NCBI RefSeq assembly: GCF_036365525.1
Contig: NC_090404.1
Coordinates: 5,518,001 to 5,582,000, forward strand
Direction: 5' to 3'
Source: Heterodontus francisci
Lineage: Eukaryota
DNA: 64,000 nt
Under the pieces are notes generated by a model. That model did not search any database. It worked only from the letters and a program-made list of their open reading frames with translations, and was not told where the DNA came from. Both the position numbers and the translations under genes were made by a program. Shown here in pieces: positions 9,566-22,200 of this stretch; within the stretch, counting starts at the first letter, position 1; the number at the start of each line of letters is the position of its first letter.

Positions 9566-9605
9566 CACACTGTTGCAGAGATATAGCAGATCCCGGGCAA
9601 AAACC
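9566..9605 (+). other. RSS of V5 (24-nt spacer)
   Basis: CACACTG + 24 nt + GCAAAAACC. Confidence 0.8.
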
Positions 9606-9629
9606 CACACTGAGAGTTCCAGTTAGCGC

Positions 9630-9643
9630 TCACCAGAGGGCGC
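9630..9643 (+). promoter_or_regulatory. RSS-adjacent CTCF-like motif (V5)
   Basis: TCACCAGAGGGCGC, 24 nt after the nonamer. Confidence 0.7.
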
Positions 9644-10215
9644 GCTTGCACCGTTAAACAGAAACAATAATTCAGACTCCACAGTGAGAGACACAGAGAG
9701 ATTCTTAAAACTGCGACAGAGCACAAACCTCAACAACAGGCGAGGTCCACATCTTAGTCTGTGACCGCAACTTGCAGTTACCATACAAATCAGCTTTACA
9801 AATCGACGCCTGCTGCCTTTACTCACCTTTTGTCTTTTCCTGCCTACTTGTTCCTTACCCTGTCTCCACACTTTATCCATAATTGTATACATTTACTTCT
9901 TCTAGTCTTTAGTTTACAGATATAAACTTTAATTCAGAACCATTCCAACTCAGCTGCCCATCGATTCAGTCCTGGTTTAACCCGAATTCACTAATAAAGA
10001 TTTCGCTTATTATTGATTCTCCTGTCCCGAGACTGCTTCCCCCGCCACCAACCCCCCCCCCCCCACCCCCACACACTATGTAATGAATGTGAAAGTGCCG
10101 CAGCTCTTATAGAAAGGCAGAGTTGTAGAACTTTCGGAAGGGACATTATTATTTAATTCCGTTCCTTACAAGTGGAGACTCCATGTGATCAGACTGCTTG
10201 CGGAACTCCCGCCCC

Positions 10216-10285
10216 CAGCTTCCGTTTCTCTCTGTCTCTCTGACCCGCCGCCGTCCATACCCTGTGTAGTTGAAGAGATTGTTCG
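10216..10285 (+). promoter_or_regulatory. Orphan degenerate copy of the V upstream module
   Basis: CAGCTTCCGTTTCTCTCTGTCTCTCTGACCCG..TGTGTAGTTGAAGAGATTG; no leader or V exon found downstream. Confidence 0.45.
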
Positions 10286-10513
10286 CTCTCTTTGCCTTCT
10301 CATTCCCGGTCTCCACATTTTCCCCACAGTCGTTTAAATTTCCCTTTTCGGTCTTCAGTTTAACAGCATAAAATCTTTGTTTTTGCTCGGTGTTTTACTT
10401 GAGAACCGCTGCAACCCACCTTCCTATGAGCATGAACTGCCAGATATGGTCACTGAATAAACATAGAATTTCTCACACCCTGTCCACCGACATCTGAATA
10501 CTTCTTAGAATAT

Positions 10514-10527
10514 CCAGCAGAGGGCAT
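10514..10527 (+). promoter_or_regulatory. CTCF-like motif at the end of the V cluster
   Basis: CCAGCAGAGGGCAT. Confidence 0.6.
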
Positions 10528-10577
10528 CAGATCACCGTGTTCCTTTTGTGGATCCACCCCCCCGGGGAGAGAAGAAT

Positions 10578-10945
10578 TAGACTTTATATAGCAACTTTCA
10601 CATCCTCAGGAATACCCAAAGCATTTCACAGCCAATGAATTACCTTTGAAGTGTAATTGTTTTATTGGAAAAGGTGTCAGCAAGATCTCATAAGCAGTAA
10701 ATGAGATGAAGAACCAGTTAAGCTGTGTTGGTGGTGTTGTTTGACTGGTCAAGAGGAGAACTCCCAGCTCTTCATCAAATAGTGCCATATGATCTTTGAG
10801 ATCGACCTCAATGGGTAAATAGCACTTTAGTTTAACGTCTCATCTGAAAGATGGCAGCACTCCCTCAACACGGCCCTGAAGTGTCAGCCTAGATTATGTG
10901 GTGAACTAAAGTAGCGCTTGAATCCATAAATTACTAACTCAGAGT
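10578..10945 (-). mobile_element. DeuSINE-type (SacSINE1/AmnSINE1-like) SINE, degraded
   Basis: GTTTAACGTCTCATCTGAAAGATGGCAGCACTCCCTCA..GTGTCAGCCTAGATTATGTG core, recognised from memory. Confidence 0.65.
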
Positions 10946-11382
10946 CCAGGACAAAGCAGGCCGCTTGATTGGCACCCCATCTACAAACATTCACTCCCTC
11001 CACCACCGACGCACAGCGGCAGCAGTGTGTACCATCTACAAGATGCACTGCAGCCACGCACCAAGGCCCCTCAGACAGCACCTTCCAAACGCGCGACCTC
11101 TACCAACTAGAAGGACAAGGGCAGCAAATACATGGGAACACCACCACCTGCAAGTTCCCCTCCAAGTCACACACCATTCTGACTTGGAACAATATCGCCG
11201 TTCCTCCACTGTCGCTGGGTCAAAATCCTGGAACTCCCTTCCTAACAGCACTGTGGGTGTACCTACCCCACATGAGCGGTTCAAGAAGGCAGCTCACCAC
11301 CACCTTCTCAAGGGCAGTTAGGGATGGGCAATAAATGATGGCTTAGCCAGCGATACTCACATCCCATGAATGAATTTTTAAA
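10946..11382 (+). mobile_element. LINE 3' fragment, same family as 1528-2370
   Basis: Closely similar to 1926-2365. Confidence 0.9.
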
Positions 11383-11384
11383 AC

Positions 11385-11882
11385 ATTTAGAGGAGGATAT
11401 TCTTGCATTGGAGGCAGTTCAGAGGAGGTTCACTAGACTGATTCCTGGGAGGAAGTGGTTGTATTACGAGGAAAGGTTGAACAGGTTGGGCCTGTACTCA
11501 TTGGAGTTTAGACGAATGAGAGGTGATCTTATTGAAACATGTAAGATTCCGAGGCAGCTTGACAGGGTAGATACTGAGAGGATGTTTCCCCTGATGCAGG
11601 AATCTAGAACGAGGTGGCACAGTTTCAGAATAAGGGGTCTCCCATTAGGCGAGGAGGATTGTTAATCTTTGGAATTCTCTACTCCAGAGAGGAGTAGAGG
11701 CTGGGTCATTAAATATATTCAAGACTGAGTTAGACAGATTTGTGATCTACAAGGGAGTCAAGGGTTATGTGGGGAAGACAGGAAAATGGAGTTGAGGTCA
11801 CAATCAGATCAGCCATGATATTATTGAATGGTGGAGCAGGCTTGAGGGGCCGAATGGCCTACTCCTCCTAGTTCTTATGTTG
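11385..11882 (+). mobile_element. CR1 LINE 3' fragment
   Basis: DILALEAVQRRFTRLIPG..YEERLNRLGLYSLEFRRMRGDLIET; tail GGGGCCGAATGGCCTACTCCT..TTCTTATGTT. Confidence 0.9.
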
Positions 11883-11884
11883 TC

Positions 11885-12770
11885 TCCCCAGTATGAACTC
11901 GCTGCTGTGTCAGCAGGGTGGATGACTGAGTGAATCTTTTCACAACACATGTAACAGGTGAACCGTCTTTCCTCAGAGTGAGTGCATTGGTGATTCAGCA
12001 GATCTTTATTGTTTTTAAAGGGCTTCTCACAGTCATAACATTTAAATGACCTCTTATCAGAGTGAACAAGCTGATGTGTCAGAGATGGGATAACTGAGTG
12101 AATCTCTTCTCACACACAGGGCAGGTGAATGGCCTCTCACTGGTGTGAATTTGCCGGTGTGTCAGCAGATCCTTTCTGCTTTTATATCACTTCTCACAGT
12201 CAGAACATTTAAAAGGCCTCTTATCAGTGTAAGTAAGCTGGTGTGTCAGAAGGTGGGATAACTGAGTGAATCCCTTCCAGCAGACAGGGAAGGTGAACGG
12301 CCTCTCCCTGGTGTGACTGTGCCAATGAGTTTCCAGCAGGGACGGGTAATTGAATCCCTTCCCACAGTCCCCACATTTCCACGGTATCTCCGTGGTGCGG
12401 GTGTCCTTGTGAGTCTCCAGGTTGGATGATCACTTGAAGCCTCGTCCACACACAGAACACGTGTACAGTTTCTCCCCGCTGTGAATGATGTGTTGTTTTT
12501 TCAGGCTGTGTAACTGGTTAAAGCTCTTTCCACAGTCAGTGCACTGGAACACTCTCACTTAGGTGTGTCTCAGTGCTTTTCCAGTCACACTGATGTTTGA
12601 AATCTTTTCCCACAGACAGAACAGACAAACATTTCTCCTTCCACATTCAAATGCTGATGATATTCAGGTTCTGATTAATTGAGTGACTCGGTCAGATCTT
12701 GATGTTTGGTTTGAGTTTCCTGTCTGTAAATCATTCCCTTCTAATAGCCAATGAAAGGAGTTTACAAAAT
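11885..12770 (-). pseudogene. Tandem C2H2 zinc-finger pseudogene exon (not recovered by ORF track)
   Basis: Minus strand [80 protein letters not shown] with stops and frameshifts. Confidence 0.88.
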
Positions 12771-13124
12771 TCTGCACTCTAACTACAGGATCGAAATTCA
12801 GAACAGACAATTCTACTTTCTATGGAATTTTACTTCCCACAAAGCTATAAATCACCATCCCACACACTCTCCCTGCTCATTGTGCTGAAATTCAAATCCA
12901 CCACATGAAACTTGTTTCCACATGTCCCAGTTTTCTGATGGCAAGAACTCTAGTTTCAGATCTGCAGTAACTGCTTCCCCTCGCATCCCACCACTCACAC
13001 TCTCCCCCCGGCCCCCACACCACCCGACACCGAGCCCCCCCCACCACCCCCCACCTCCAACCAACCACCCTCTCCTCCCCTCAATGTGCTGAATCTACCT
13101 GGGTTCAGTCCTATTCTCACTGAT

Positions 13125-13265
13125 TTAATAGAATGGTGACAGCATAAAATGAAGCCATTCGGCCCACCGTATCCCTGCTTGCTCTCTGCTAAAGCTATTA
13201 AGTGAATCCCACTTGTCCACCGTTTCCCCATCTTTCAGCAATTATTTTTCTCAGCGGAAAAATAT
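13125..13265 (-). mobile_element. CR1-type 3' tail fragment next to the satellite
   Basis: ATAGAATGGTGACAGCAT..GCCATTCGGCCCA is the reverse complement of the tail seen at 8670-8710. Confidence 0.55.
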
Positions 13266-13295
13266 ACAGTTTTCTTCTGAATCGATTAAATAAGC

Positions 13296-16200
13296 CTCCA
13301 ACACACTCTCAGGCAGTGCATTCCAGATCTGAACCACTCACCCAGTCTCCAATACACTCTCAGACAGTACATTCCAGATCTGAACCACTCACCCAGTCTC
13401 CAACACACTCTCAGACAGTGCATTCCAGATCTGAACCACTCACCCAGTCTCCAACACACTCTCATGCAGTGCATTCCAGATCTGAACCACTCACCCAGTC
13501 TCCAATACACTCTCAGACAGTGCATTCCAGATCTGAACCACTCACCCAGTCTCCAACACACTCTCAGACAGTACATTCCAGATCTGAACCACTCACCCAG
13601 TCTCCAACACACTCTCAGACCGTACATTCCAGATCTGAACCACTCACCCAGTCTCCAACACACTCTCAGGCAGTGCATTCCAGATCTGAACCACTCACCC
13701 AGTCTCCAACACACTCTCAGGCAGTGCATTCCAGATCTGAACCACTCACCCAGTCTCCAATACAATCTCAGACAGTACATTCCAGATCTGAACCACTCAC
13801 CCAGTCTCCAACACACTCTCAGGCAGTACATTCCAGATCTGAACCACTCACCCAGTCTCCATCACACTCTCAGACAGTACATTCCAGATCTGAACCACTC
13901 ACCCAGTCTCCATCACACTCTCAGACAGTACATTCCAGATCTGAACCACTCACCCAGTCTCCATCACACTCTCAGACAGTACATTCCAGATCTGAACCAC
14001 TCACCCAGTCTCCATCACACTCTCAGACAGTACATTCCAGATCTGAACCACTCACCCAGTCTCCATCACACTCTCAGACAGTACATTCCAGATCTGAACC
14101 ATTCACCCAGTCTCCAACACACTCTCAGACAGTGCATTCCAGATCTGAACCACTCACCCAGTCTCCAACACACTCTCAGGCAGTGCATTCCAGATCTGAA
14201 CCACTCACCCAGTCTCCAACATACTCTCAGACAGTACATTCCAGATCTGAACCACTCACCCAGTCTCCAACACACTCTCAGACAGTACATTCCAGATCTG
14301 AACCACTCACCCAGTCTCCAACACACTCTCAGGCAGTGCATTCCAGATCTGAACCACTCACCCAGTCTCCAACACACTCTCAGGCAGTGTATTCCAGATC
14401 TGAACCACTCACAGAGTCTCCAACACACTCTCAGACAGTGCATTCCAGATCTGAACCACTCACCCAGTCTCCAACACACTCTCAGGCAGGGCATTCCAGA
14501 TCTGAACCACTCACCCAGTCTCCAACACACTCTCAGGCAGTGTATTCCAGATCTGAACCACTCACAGAGTCTCCAACACACTCTCAGACAGTGCATTCCA
14601 GATCTGAACCACTCACCCAGTTTCCAACACACTCTCAGGCAGTGTATTCCAGATCTGAACCACTCACAGAGTCTCCAACACACTGTCAGGCAGTACATTC
14701 CAGATCTGAACCACTCACCCAGTCTCCAACACACTCTCAGACAGTACATTCCAGATCTGAACCACTCACCCAGTCTCCAACACATTCTCAGACAGTACAT
14801 TCCAGATCTGAACCACTCAGCCAGTCTCCAACACATTCTCAGACAGTGCATTCCAGATCTGAACCACTCACCCAGTCTCCAACACACTCTCAGACTGTGC
14901 ATTCCAGATCTGAACCACTCACCCAGTCTCCAACACATTCTCAGACAGTGCATTCCAGATCTGAACCACTCACCCAGTCTCCAACACACTCTCAGACAGT
15001 GCATTCCAGATCTGAACCACTCACCCAGTCTCCAATACACTCTCAGACAGTACATTCCAGATCTGAACCACTCACCCAGTCTCCAACACACTCTCAGACA
15101 GTACATTCCAGATCTGAACCATTCACTCAGTCTCCAACACACTCTCAGACAGTACATTCCAGATCTGAACCACTCACCCAGTCTCCAACACACTCTCAGA
15201 CAGTACATTCCAGATCTGAACCACTCACCCAGTCTCCAATACACTCTCCGGCAGTACATTCCAGATTTGAACCATTCACCCAGTCTCCAACACACACTCA
15301 GACAGTGAATTCCCGATCTGAACCATTCACCCAGTCTCCAACACACTCTCAGGCAGTACATTCCAGATCTGAACCACTCAGCCAGTCTCCAACACATTCT
15401 CAGACAGTGCATTCCAGATCTGAACCACTCACCCAGTCTCCAACACACGCTCAGGCAGTACATTCCAGATCTGAACCACTCACCCAGTCTCCAACACACT
15501 CTCAGACAGTACATTCCAGATCTGAACCACTCAGCCAGTCTCCAACACATTCTCAGACAGTACATTCCAGATCTGAACCACTCAGCCAGTCTCCAACACA
15601 TTCTCAGACAGTGCATTCCAGTTCTGAACCACTCACCCAGTCTCCAACACACTCTCAGACAGTACATTCCAGATCTGAACCACTCACCCAGTCTCCATCA
15701 CACTCTCAGACAGTACATTCCAGATCTGAACCATTCACCCAGTCTCCAACACACTCTCAGACAGTGCATTCCAGATCTGAACCACTCACCCAGTCTCCAA
15801 CACACTCTCAGACAGTACATTCCAGATCTGAACCACTCACCCAGTCTCCAACACACTCTCAGACAGTGCATTCCAGATCTGAACCACTCACCCAGTCTCC
15901 AACACACTCTCAGGCAGTGCATTCCAGATCTGAACCACTCACCCAGTCTCCAACACACTCTCAGGCAGTGTATTCCAGATCTGAACCACTCACAGAGTCT
16001 CCAACACACTCTCAGACAGTGCATTCCAGATCTGAACCACTCACCCAGTCTCCAACACACTCTCAGGCAGGGCATTCCAGATCTGAACCACTCACCCAGT
16101 CTCCAACACACTCTCAGGCAGTGTATTCCAGATCTGAACCACTCACAGAGTCTCCAACACACTCTCAGACAGTGCATTCCAGATCTGAACCACTCACCCA

Positions 16201-19200
16201 GTCTCCAACACACTCTCAGGCAGTGTATTACAGATCTGAACCACTCACAGAGTCTCCAACACACTGTCAGGCAGTACATTCCAGATCTGAACCACTCACC
16301 CAGTCTCCAACACACTCTCAGACAGTACATTCCAGATCTGAACCACTCACCCAGTCTCCAACACATTCTCAGACAGTACATTCCAGATCTGAACCACTCA
16401 GCCAGTCTCCAACACATTCTCAGACAGTGCATTCCAGATCTGAACCACTCACCCAGTCTCCAACACACTCTCAGACTGTGCATTCCATATCTGAACCACT
16501 CACCCAGTCTCCAACACATTCTCAGACAGTGCATTCCAGATCTGAAACACTCACCCAGTCTCCAACACACTCTCAGACAGTGCATTCCAGATCTGAACCA
16601 CTCACCCAGTCTCCAATACACTCTCAGACAGTACATTCCAGATCTGAACCACTCACCCAGTCTCCAACACACTCTCAGACAGTACATTCCAGATCTGAAC
16701 CATTCACTCAGTCTCCAACACACTCTCAGACAGTACATTCCAGATCTGAACCACTCACCCAGTCTCCAACACACTCTCAGACAGTACATTCCAGATCTGA
16801 ACCACTCACCCAGTCTCCAATACACTCTCCGGCAGTACATTCCAGATTTGAACCATTCACCCAGTCTCCAACACACACTCAGACAGTGCATTCCCGATCT
16901 GAACCATTCACCCAGTCTCCAACACACTCTCAGGCAGTACATTCCAGATCTGAACCACTCAGCCAGTCTCCAACACATTCTCAGACAGTGCATTCCAGAT
17001 CTGAACCACTCACCCAGTCTCCAACACACGCTCAGGCAGTACATTCCAGATCTGAACCACTCACCCAGTCTCCAACACACTCTCAGACAGTACATTCCAG
17101 ATCTGAACCACTCAGCCAGTCTCCAACACATTCTCAGACAGTACATTCCAGATCTGAACCACTCAGCCAGTCTCCAACACATTCTCAGACAGTGCATTCC
17201 AGATCTGAACCACTCACCCAGTCTCCAACACACTCTCAGACAGTACATTCCAGATCTGAACCACTCAGCCAGTCTCCAACACATTCTCAGACAGTGCATT
17301 CCAGATCTGAACCACTCACCCAGTCTCCAACACACTCTCAGACAGTACATTCCAGATCTGAACCACTCACCCAGTCTCCAATACACTCTCAGACAGTACA
17401 TTCCAGATCTGAACCACTCACCCAGTCTCCAACACACTCTGCGGCAGTGCATTCCAGATCTGAACCGTTCACCCAGTCTCCAACACATTCTCAGATAGTA
17501 CAGTCCAGATCTGAACCACTCACCCAGTCTCCAACACACTCTCAGACAGTACATTCCAGATCTGAACCACTCACCCAGTCTCCAACACACTCTCAGGCAG
17601 TGCATTCCAGATCCGAACCATTCACCCAGTCTCCAACACACTCTCAGACAGTACATTCCAGATCTGAACCACTCACCCAGTCTTCAACACACTCCAGGCA
17701 GTACATTCCAGATCTGAACCACTCACCCAGTCTCCAACACACTCTCAGGCAGTATATTCCAGATCTGAACCACACACCCAGTCTTCAACACACTCTCAGA
17801 CAGTACATTCCAGATCTGAACCACTCACCCAGTCTTCAACACACTCTCAGGCAGTGCATTCCAGATCTGAACCACTCACCCAGTCTTCAACACACTCTCA
17901 GGCAGTATATTCCAGATCTGAACCACTCACCCAGTCTTCAACACACTCTCAGGCAGTATATTCCCGATCTGAACCACTCACCCAGTCTTCAACACACTCT
18001 CAGGCAGTATATTCCAGATCTGAACCACTCGCCCAGTCTCCAACACACTCTCAGGCAGTATATTCCAGATCTGAACCACTCACCCAGTCTTCAACACACT
18101 CTCAGACAGTATATTCCAAATCTGAACCACTCACCCAGTCTTCAACACACTCTCAGGCAGTGCATTCCAGATCTGAACCACTCGCCCAGTCTCCAACACA
18201 CTCTCAGGCAGTGCATTCCAGATCTGAACCACTCACCCAGTCTCCAACATACTCTCAGGCAGGGCATTCCAGATCTGAACCACTTACCCAGTCTTCAACA
18301 CACTCTCAGGCAGTATATTCCAAATCTGAACCACTCACCCAGTCTTCAACACACTCTCAGGCAGTATATTCCAAATCTGAACCACTCACCCAGTCTTCAA
18401 CACACTCTCAGGCAGGGCATTCCAGATCTGAACCACTTACCCAGTCTTCAACACACTCTCAGGCAGCATATTCCAAATCTGAACCACTCACCCAGTCTTC
18501 AACACACTCTCAGGCAGGGCATTCCAGATCTGAACCACTTACCCAGTCTTCAACACACTCTCAGGCAGTATATTCCAGATCTGAACCACTCACCCAGTCT
18601 TCAACACACTCTCAGACAGTGCATTCCAGATCTGAACCACTTACCCCGTCTTCAACACACTCTCAGGCAGGGCATTCCAGATCTGAACCACTTACCCAGT
18701 CTTCAACACACTCTCAGGCAGGGCATTCCAGATCTGAACCACTTACCCAGTCTTCAACACACTCTCAGAAGTACATTCCAAATCTGAACCACTCACCCAG
18801 TCTTCAACACACTCTCAGGCAGTATATTCCAAATCCGAACCACTCACCCAGTCTTCAACACACTCTCAGGCAGTATATTCCAAATCTGAACCACTCACCC
18901 AGTCTTCAACACACTCTCAGACAGTACATTCCAGATCTGAACCACTCACCCAGTCTTCAACACACTCTCAGGCAGTATATTCCAAATCTGAACCACTCAC
19001 CCAGTCTTCAACACACTCTCAGACAGTACATTCCAAATCTGAACCACTCACCCAGTCTTCAACACACTCTCAGGCAGTATATTCCAAATCTGAACCACTC
19101 ACCCAGTCTTCAACACACTCTCAGACAGTATATTCCAAATCTGAACCACTCGCCCAGTCTCCAACACACTCTCAGGCAGTACATTCCAAATCTGAACCAC

Positions 19201-22200
19201 TCACCCAGTCTTCAACACACTCTCAGGCAGTATATTCCAGATCTGAACCACTCACCCAGTCTTCAACACACTCTCAGACAGTATATTCCAAATCTGAACC
19301 ACTCACCCAGTCTTCAACACACTCTCAGGCAGTATATTCCAGATCTGAACCACTCACCCAGTCTTCAACACACTCTCAGACAGTATATTCCAAATCTGAA
19401 CCACTCACCCAGCCTTCAACACACTCTCAGGCAGTATATTCCAAATCTGAACCACTCACCCAGTCTTCAACACACTCTCAGGCAGTATATTCCAGATCTG
19501 AACCACTCACCCAGTCTTCAACACACTCTCAGACAGTATATTCCAAATCTGAACCACTCACCCAGTCTTCAACACACTCTCAGGCAGTATATCCCAAATC
19601 TGAACCACTCACCCAGTCTTCAACACACTCTCAGACAGTACATTCCAGATCTGAACCATTCACCCAGTCTTCAACACACTCTCAGGCAGTATATTCCAAA
19701 TCTGAACCACTCACCCAGTCTTCAACACACTCTCAGGCAGGGCATTCCAGATCTGAACCACTTACCCAGTCTTCAACACACTCTCAGGCAGTATATTCCA
19801 AATCTGAACCACTCACCCAGTCTTCAACACACTCTCAGGCAGCATATTCCAAATCTGAACCACTCACCCAGTCTCCAACACACTCTCAGGCAGTATATTC
19901 CAAATCTGAACCACTCACCCAGTCTCCAACACACTCTCAGGCAGTATATTCCAAATCTGAACCACTCACCCAGTCTCCAACACACTCTCAGGCAGTATAT
20001 TCCAGATCTGAACCACTCACCCAGTCTCCAACACACTCTCAGGCAGTGCATTCCAAATCTGAACCACTCACCCAGTCTTCAACACACTCTCAGGCAGGGC
20101 ATTCCAGATCTGAACCACTTACCCAGTCTTCAACACACTCTCAGGCAGTATATTCCAAATCTGAACCACTCACCCAGTCTTCAACACACTCTCAGGCAGT
20201 ATATTCCAAACCTGAACCACTCGCCCAGTCTCCAACACACTCTCAGGCAGTATATTCCAAATCTGAACCACTCACCCAGTCTTCAACACACTCTCAGACA
20301 GTACATTCCAAATCTGAACCACTCACCCAGTCTCCAACACACTCTCAGGCAGTATATTCCAAATCTGAACCACTCACCCAGTCTCCAACACACTCTCAGG
20401 CAGTATATTCCAAATCTGAACCACTCACCCAGTCTTCAACACACTCTCAGGCAGTACATTCCAGATCTGAACCACTCACCCAGTCTCCAACACACTCTCA
20501 GGCAGTGCATTCCAGATCTGAACCACTCACCCAGTCTCCAACACACTCTCAGACAGTACATTCCAAATCTGAACCACTCACCCAGTCTCCAACACACTCT
20601 CAGGCAGTACATTCCAGATCTGAACCACTCACCCAGTCTCCAACACACTCTCAGGCAGTACATTCCAGATCTGAACCACTCACCCAGTCTCCAACACACT
20701 CTCAGACAGTACATTCCAGATCTGAACCACTCACCCAGTCTCCAACACACTCTCAGGCAGTGCATTCCAGATCTGAACCACTCGCCCAGTCTCCAACACA
20801 CTCTCAGACAGTACATTCCAGATCTGAACCACTCACCCAGTCTCCAACACACTCTCAGGCAGTGCATTCCAGATCTGAACCACTCGCCCAGTCTCCAACA
20901 CACTCTCAGACAGTACATTCCAGATCTGAACCACTCACCCAGTCTCCAACACACTCTCAGACAGTACATTCCAAATCTGAACCACTCACCCAGTCTCCAA
21001 CACACTCTCAGGCAGTATATTCCAAATCTGAACCACTCACCCAGTCTCCAACACACTCTCAGACAGTACATTCCAGATCTGAACCATTCACCCAGTCTCC
21101 AACACACTCTCAGACAGTACATTCCAGATCTGAACCACTCACCCAGTCTCCAGCACACTCTCAGACAGTACATTCCAGATCTGAACCACTCACCCAGTCT
21201 CCAACACACTCTCAGGCAGTATATTCCAAATCTGAACCACTCACCCAGTCTCCAACACACTCTCAGGCAGTGCATTCCAGATCTGAACCACTCACCCAGT
21301 CTCCAACACACTCTCAGGCAGTATATTCCAAATCTGAACCACTCACCCAGTCTCCAACACACTCTCAGGCAGTATATTCCAAATCTGAACCACTCACCCA
21401 GTCTCCAACACACTCTCAGGCAGTATATTCCAAATCTGAACCACTCACCCAGTCTTCAACACACTCTCAGACAGTATATTCCAAATCTGAACCACTCACC
21501 CAGTCTCCAACACACTCTCAGGCAGTATATTCCAAATCTGAACCACTCACCCAGTCTCCAACATACTCTCAGGCAGTATATTCCAAATCTGAACCACTCA
21601 CCCAGTCTCCAACACACTCTCAGGCAGTATATTCCAAATCTGAACCACTCACCCAGTCTTCAACACACTCTCAGGCAGGGCATTCCAGATCTGAACCACT
21701 TACCCAGTCTTCAACACACTCTCAGGCAGTATATTCCAAATCTGAACCACTCACCCAGTCTTCAACACACTCTCAGGCAGTATATTCCAAATCTGAACCA
21801 CTCACCCAGTCTTCAACACACTCTCAGGCAGGGCATTCCAGATCTGAACCACTTACCCAGTCTTCAACACACTCTCAGGCAGTATATTCCAAATCTGAAC
21901 CACTCACCCAGTCTTCAACACACTCTCAGGCAGTATATTCCAAATCTGAACCACTCACCCAGTCTTCAACACACTCTCAGACAGTACATTCCAAATCTGA
22001 ACCACTCACCCAGTCTCCAACACACTCTCAGGCAGTATATTCCAAATCTGAACCACTCACCCAGTCTCCAACACACTCTCAGGCAGTATATTCCAAATCT
22101 GAACCACTCACCCAGTCTTCAACACACTCTCAGGCAGTACATTCCAGATCTGAACCACTCACCCAGTCTCCAACACACTCTCAGACAGTACATTCCAAAT

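Noticed and set aside
595-9605. Ig heavy/light, NAR-TCR or VH-like (TAILV) identity for the V segments
   Set aside because: CALR/CAVR/CAM ends, WYxQ FR2 and 23-type RSSs fit conventional TCR alpha/delta V; no D, J or C seen in the window
9680-9686. Perfect CACAGTG heptamer downstream of V5
   Set aside because: No nonamer at 12 or 23 nt and not conserved in the V3 flank
230-13231. Remaining short ORFs in the track
   Set aside because: They are alternative or antisense frames of V genes, LINEs, the ZNF relic or low-complexity DNA
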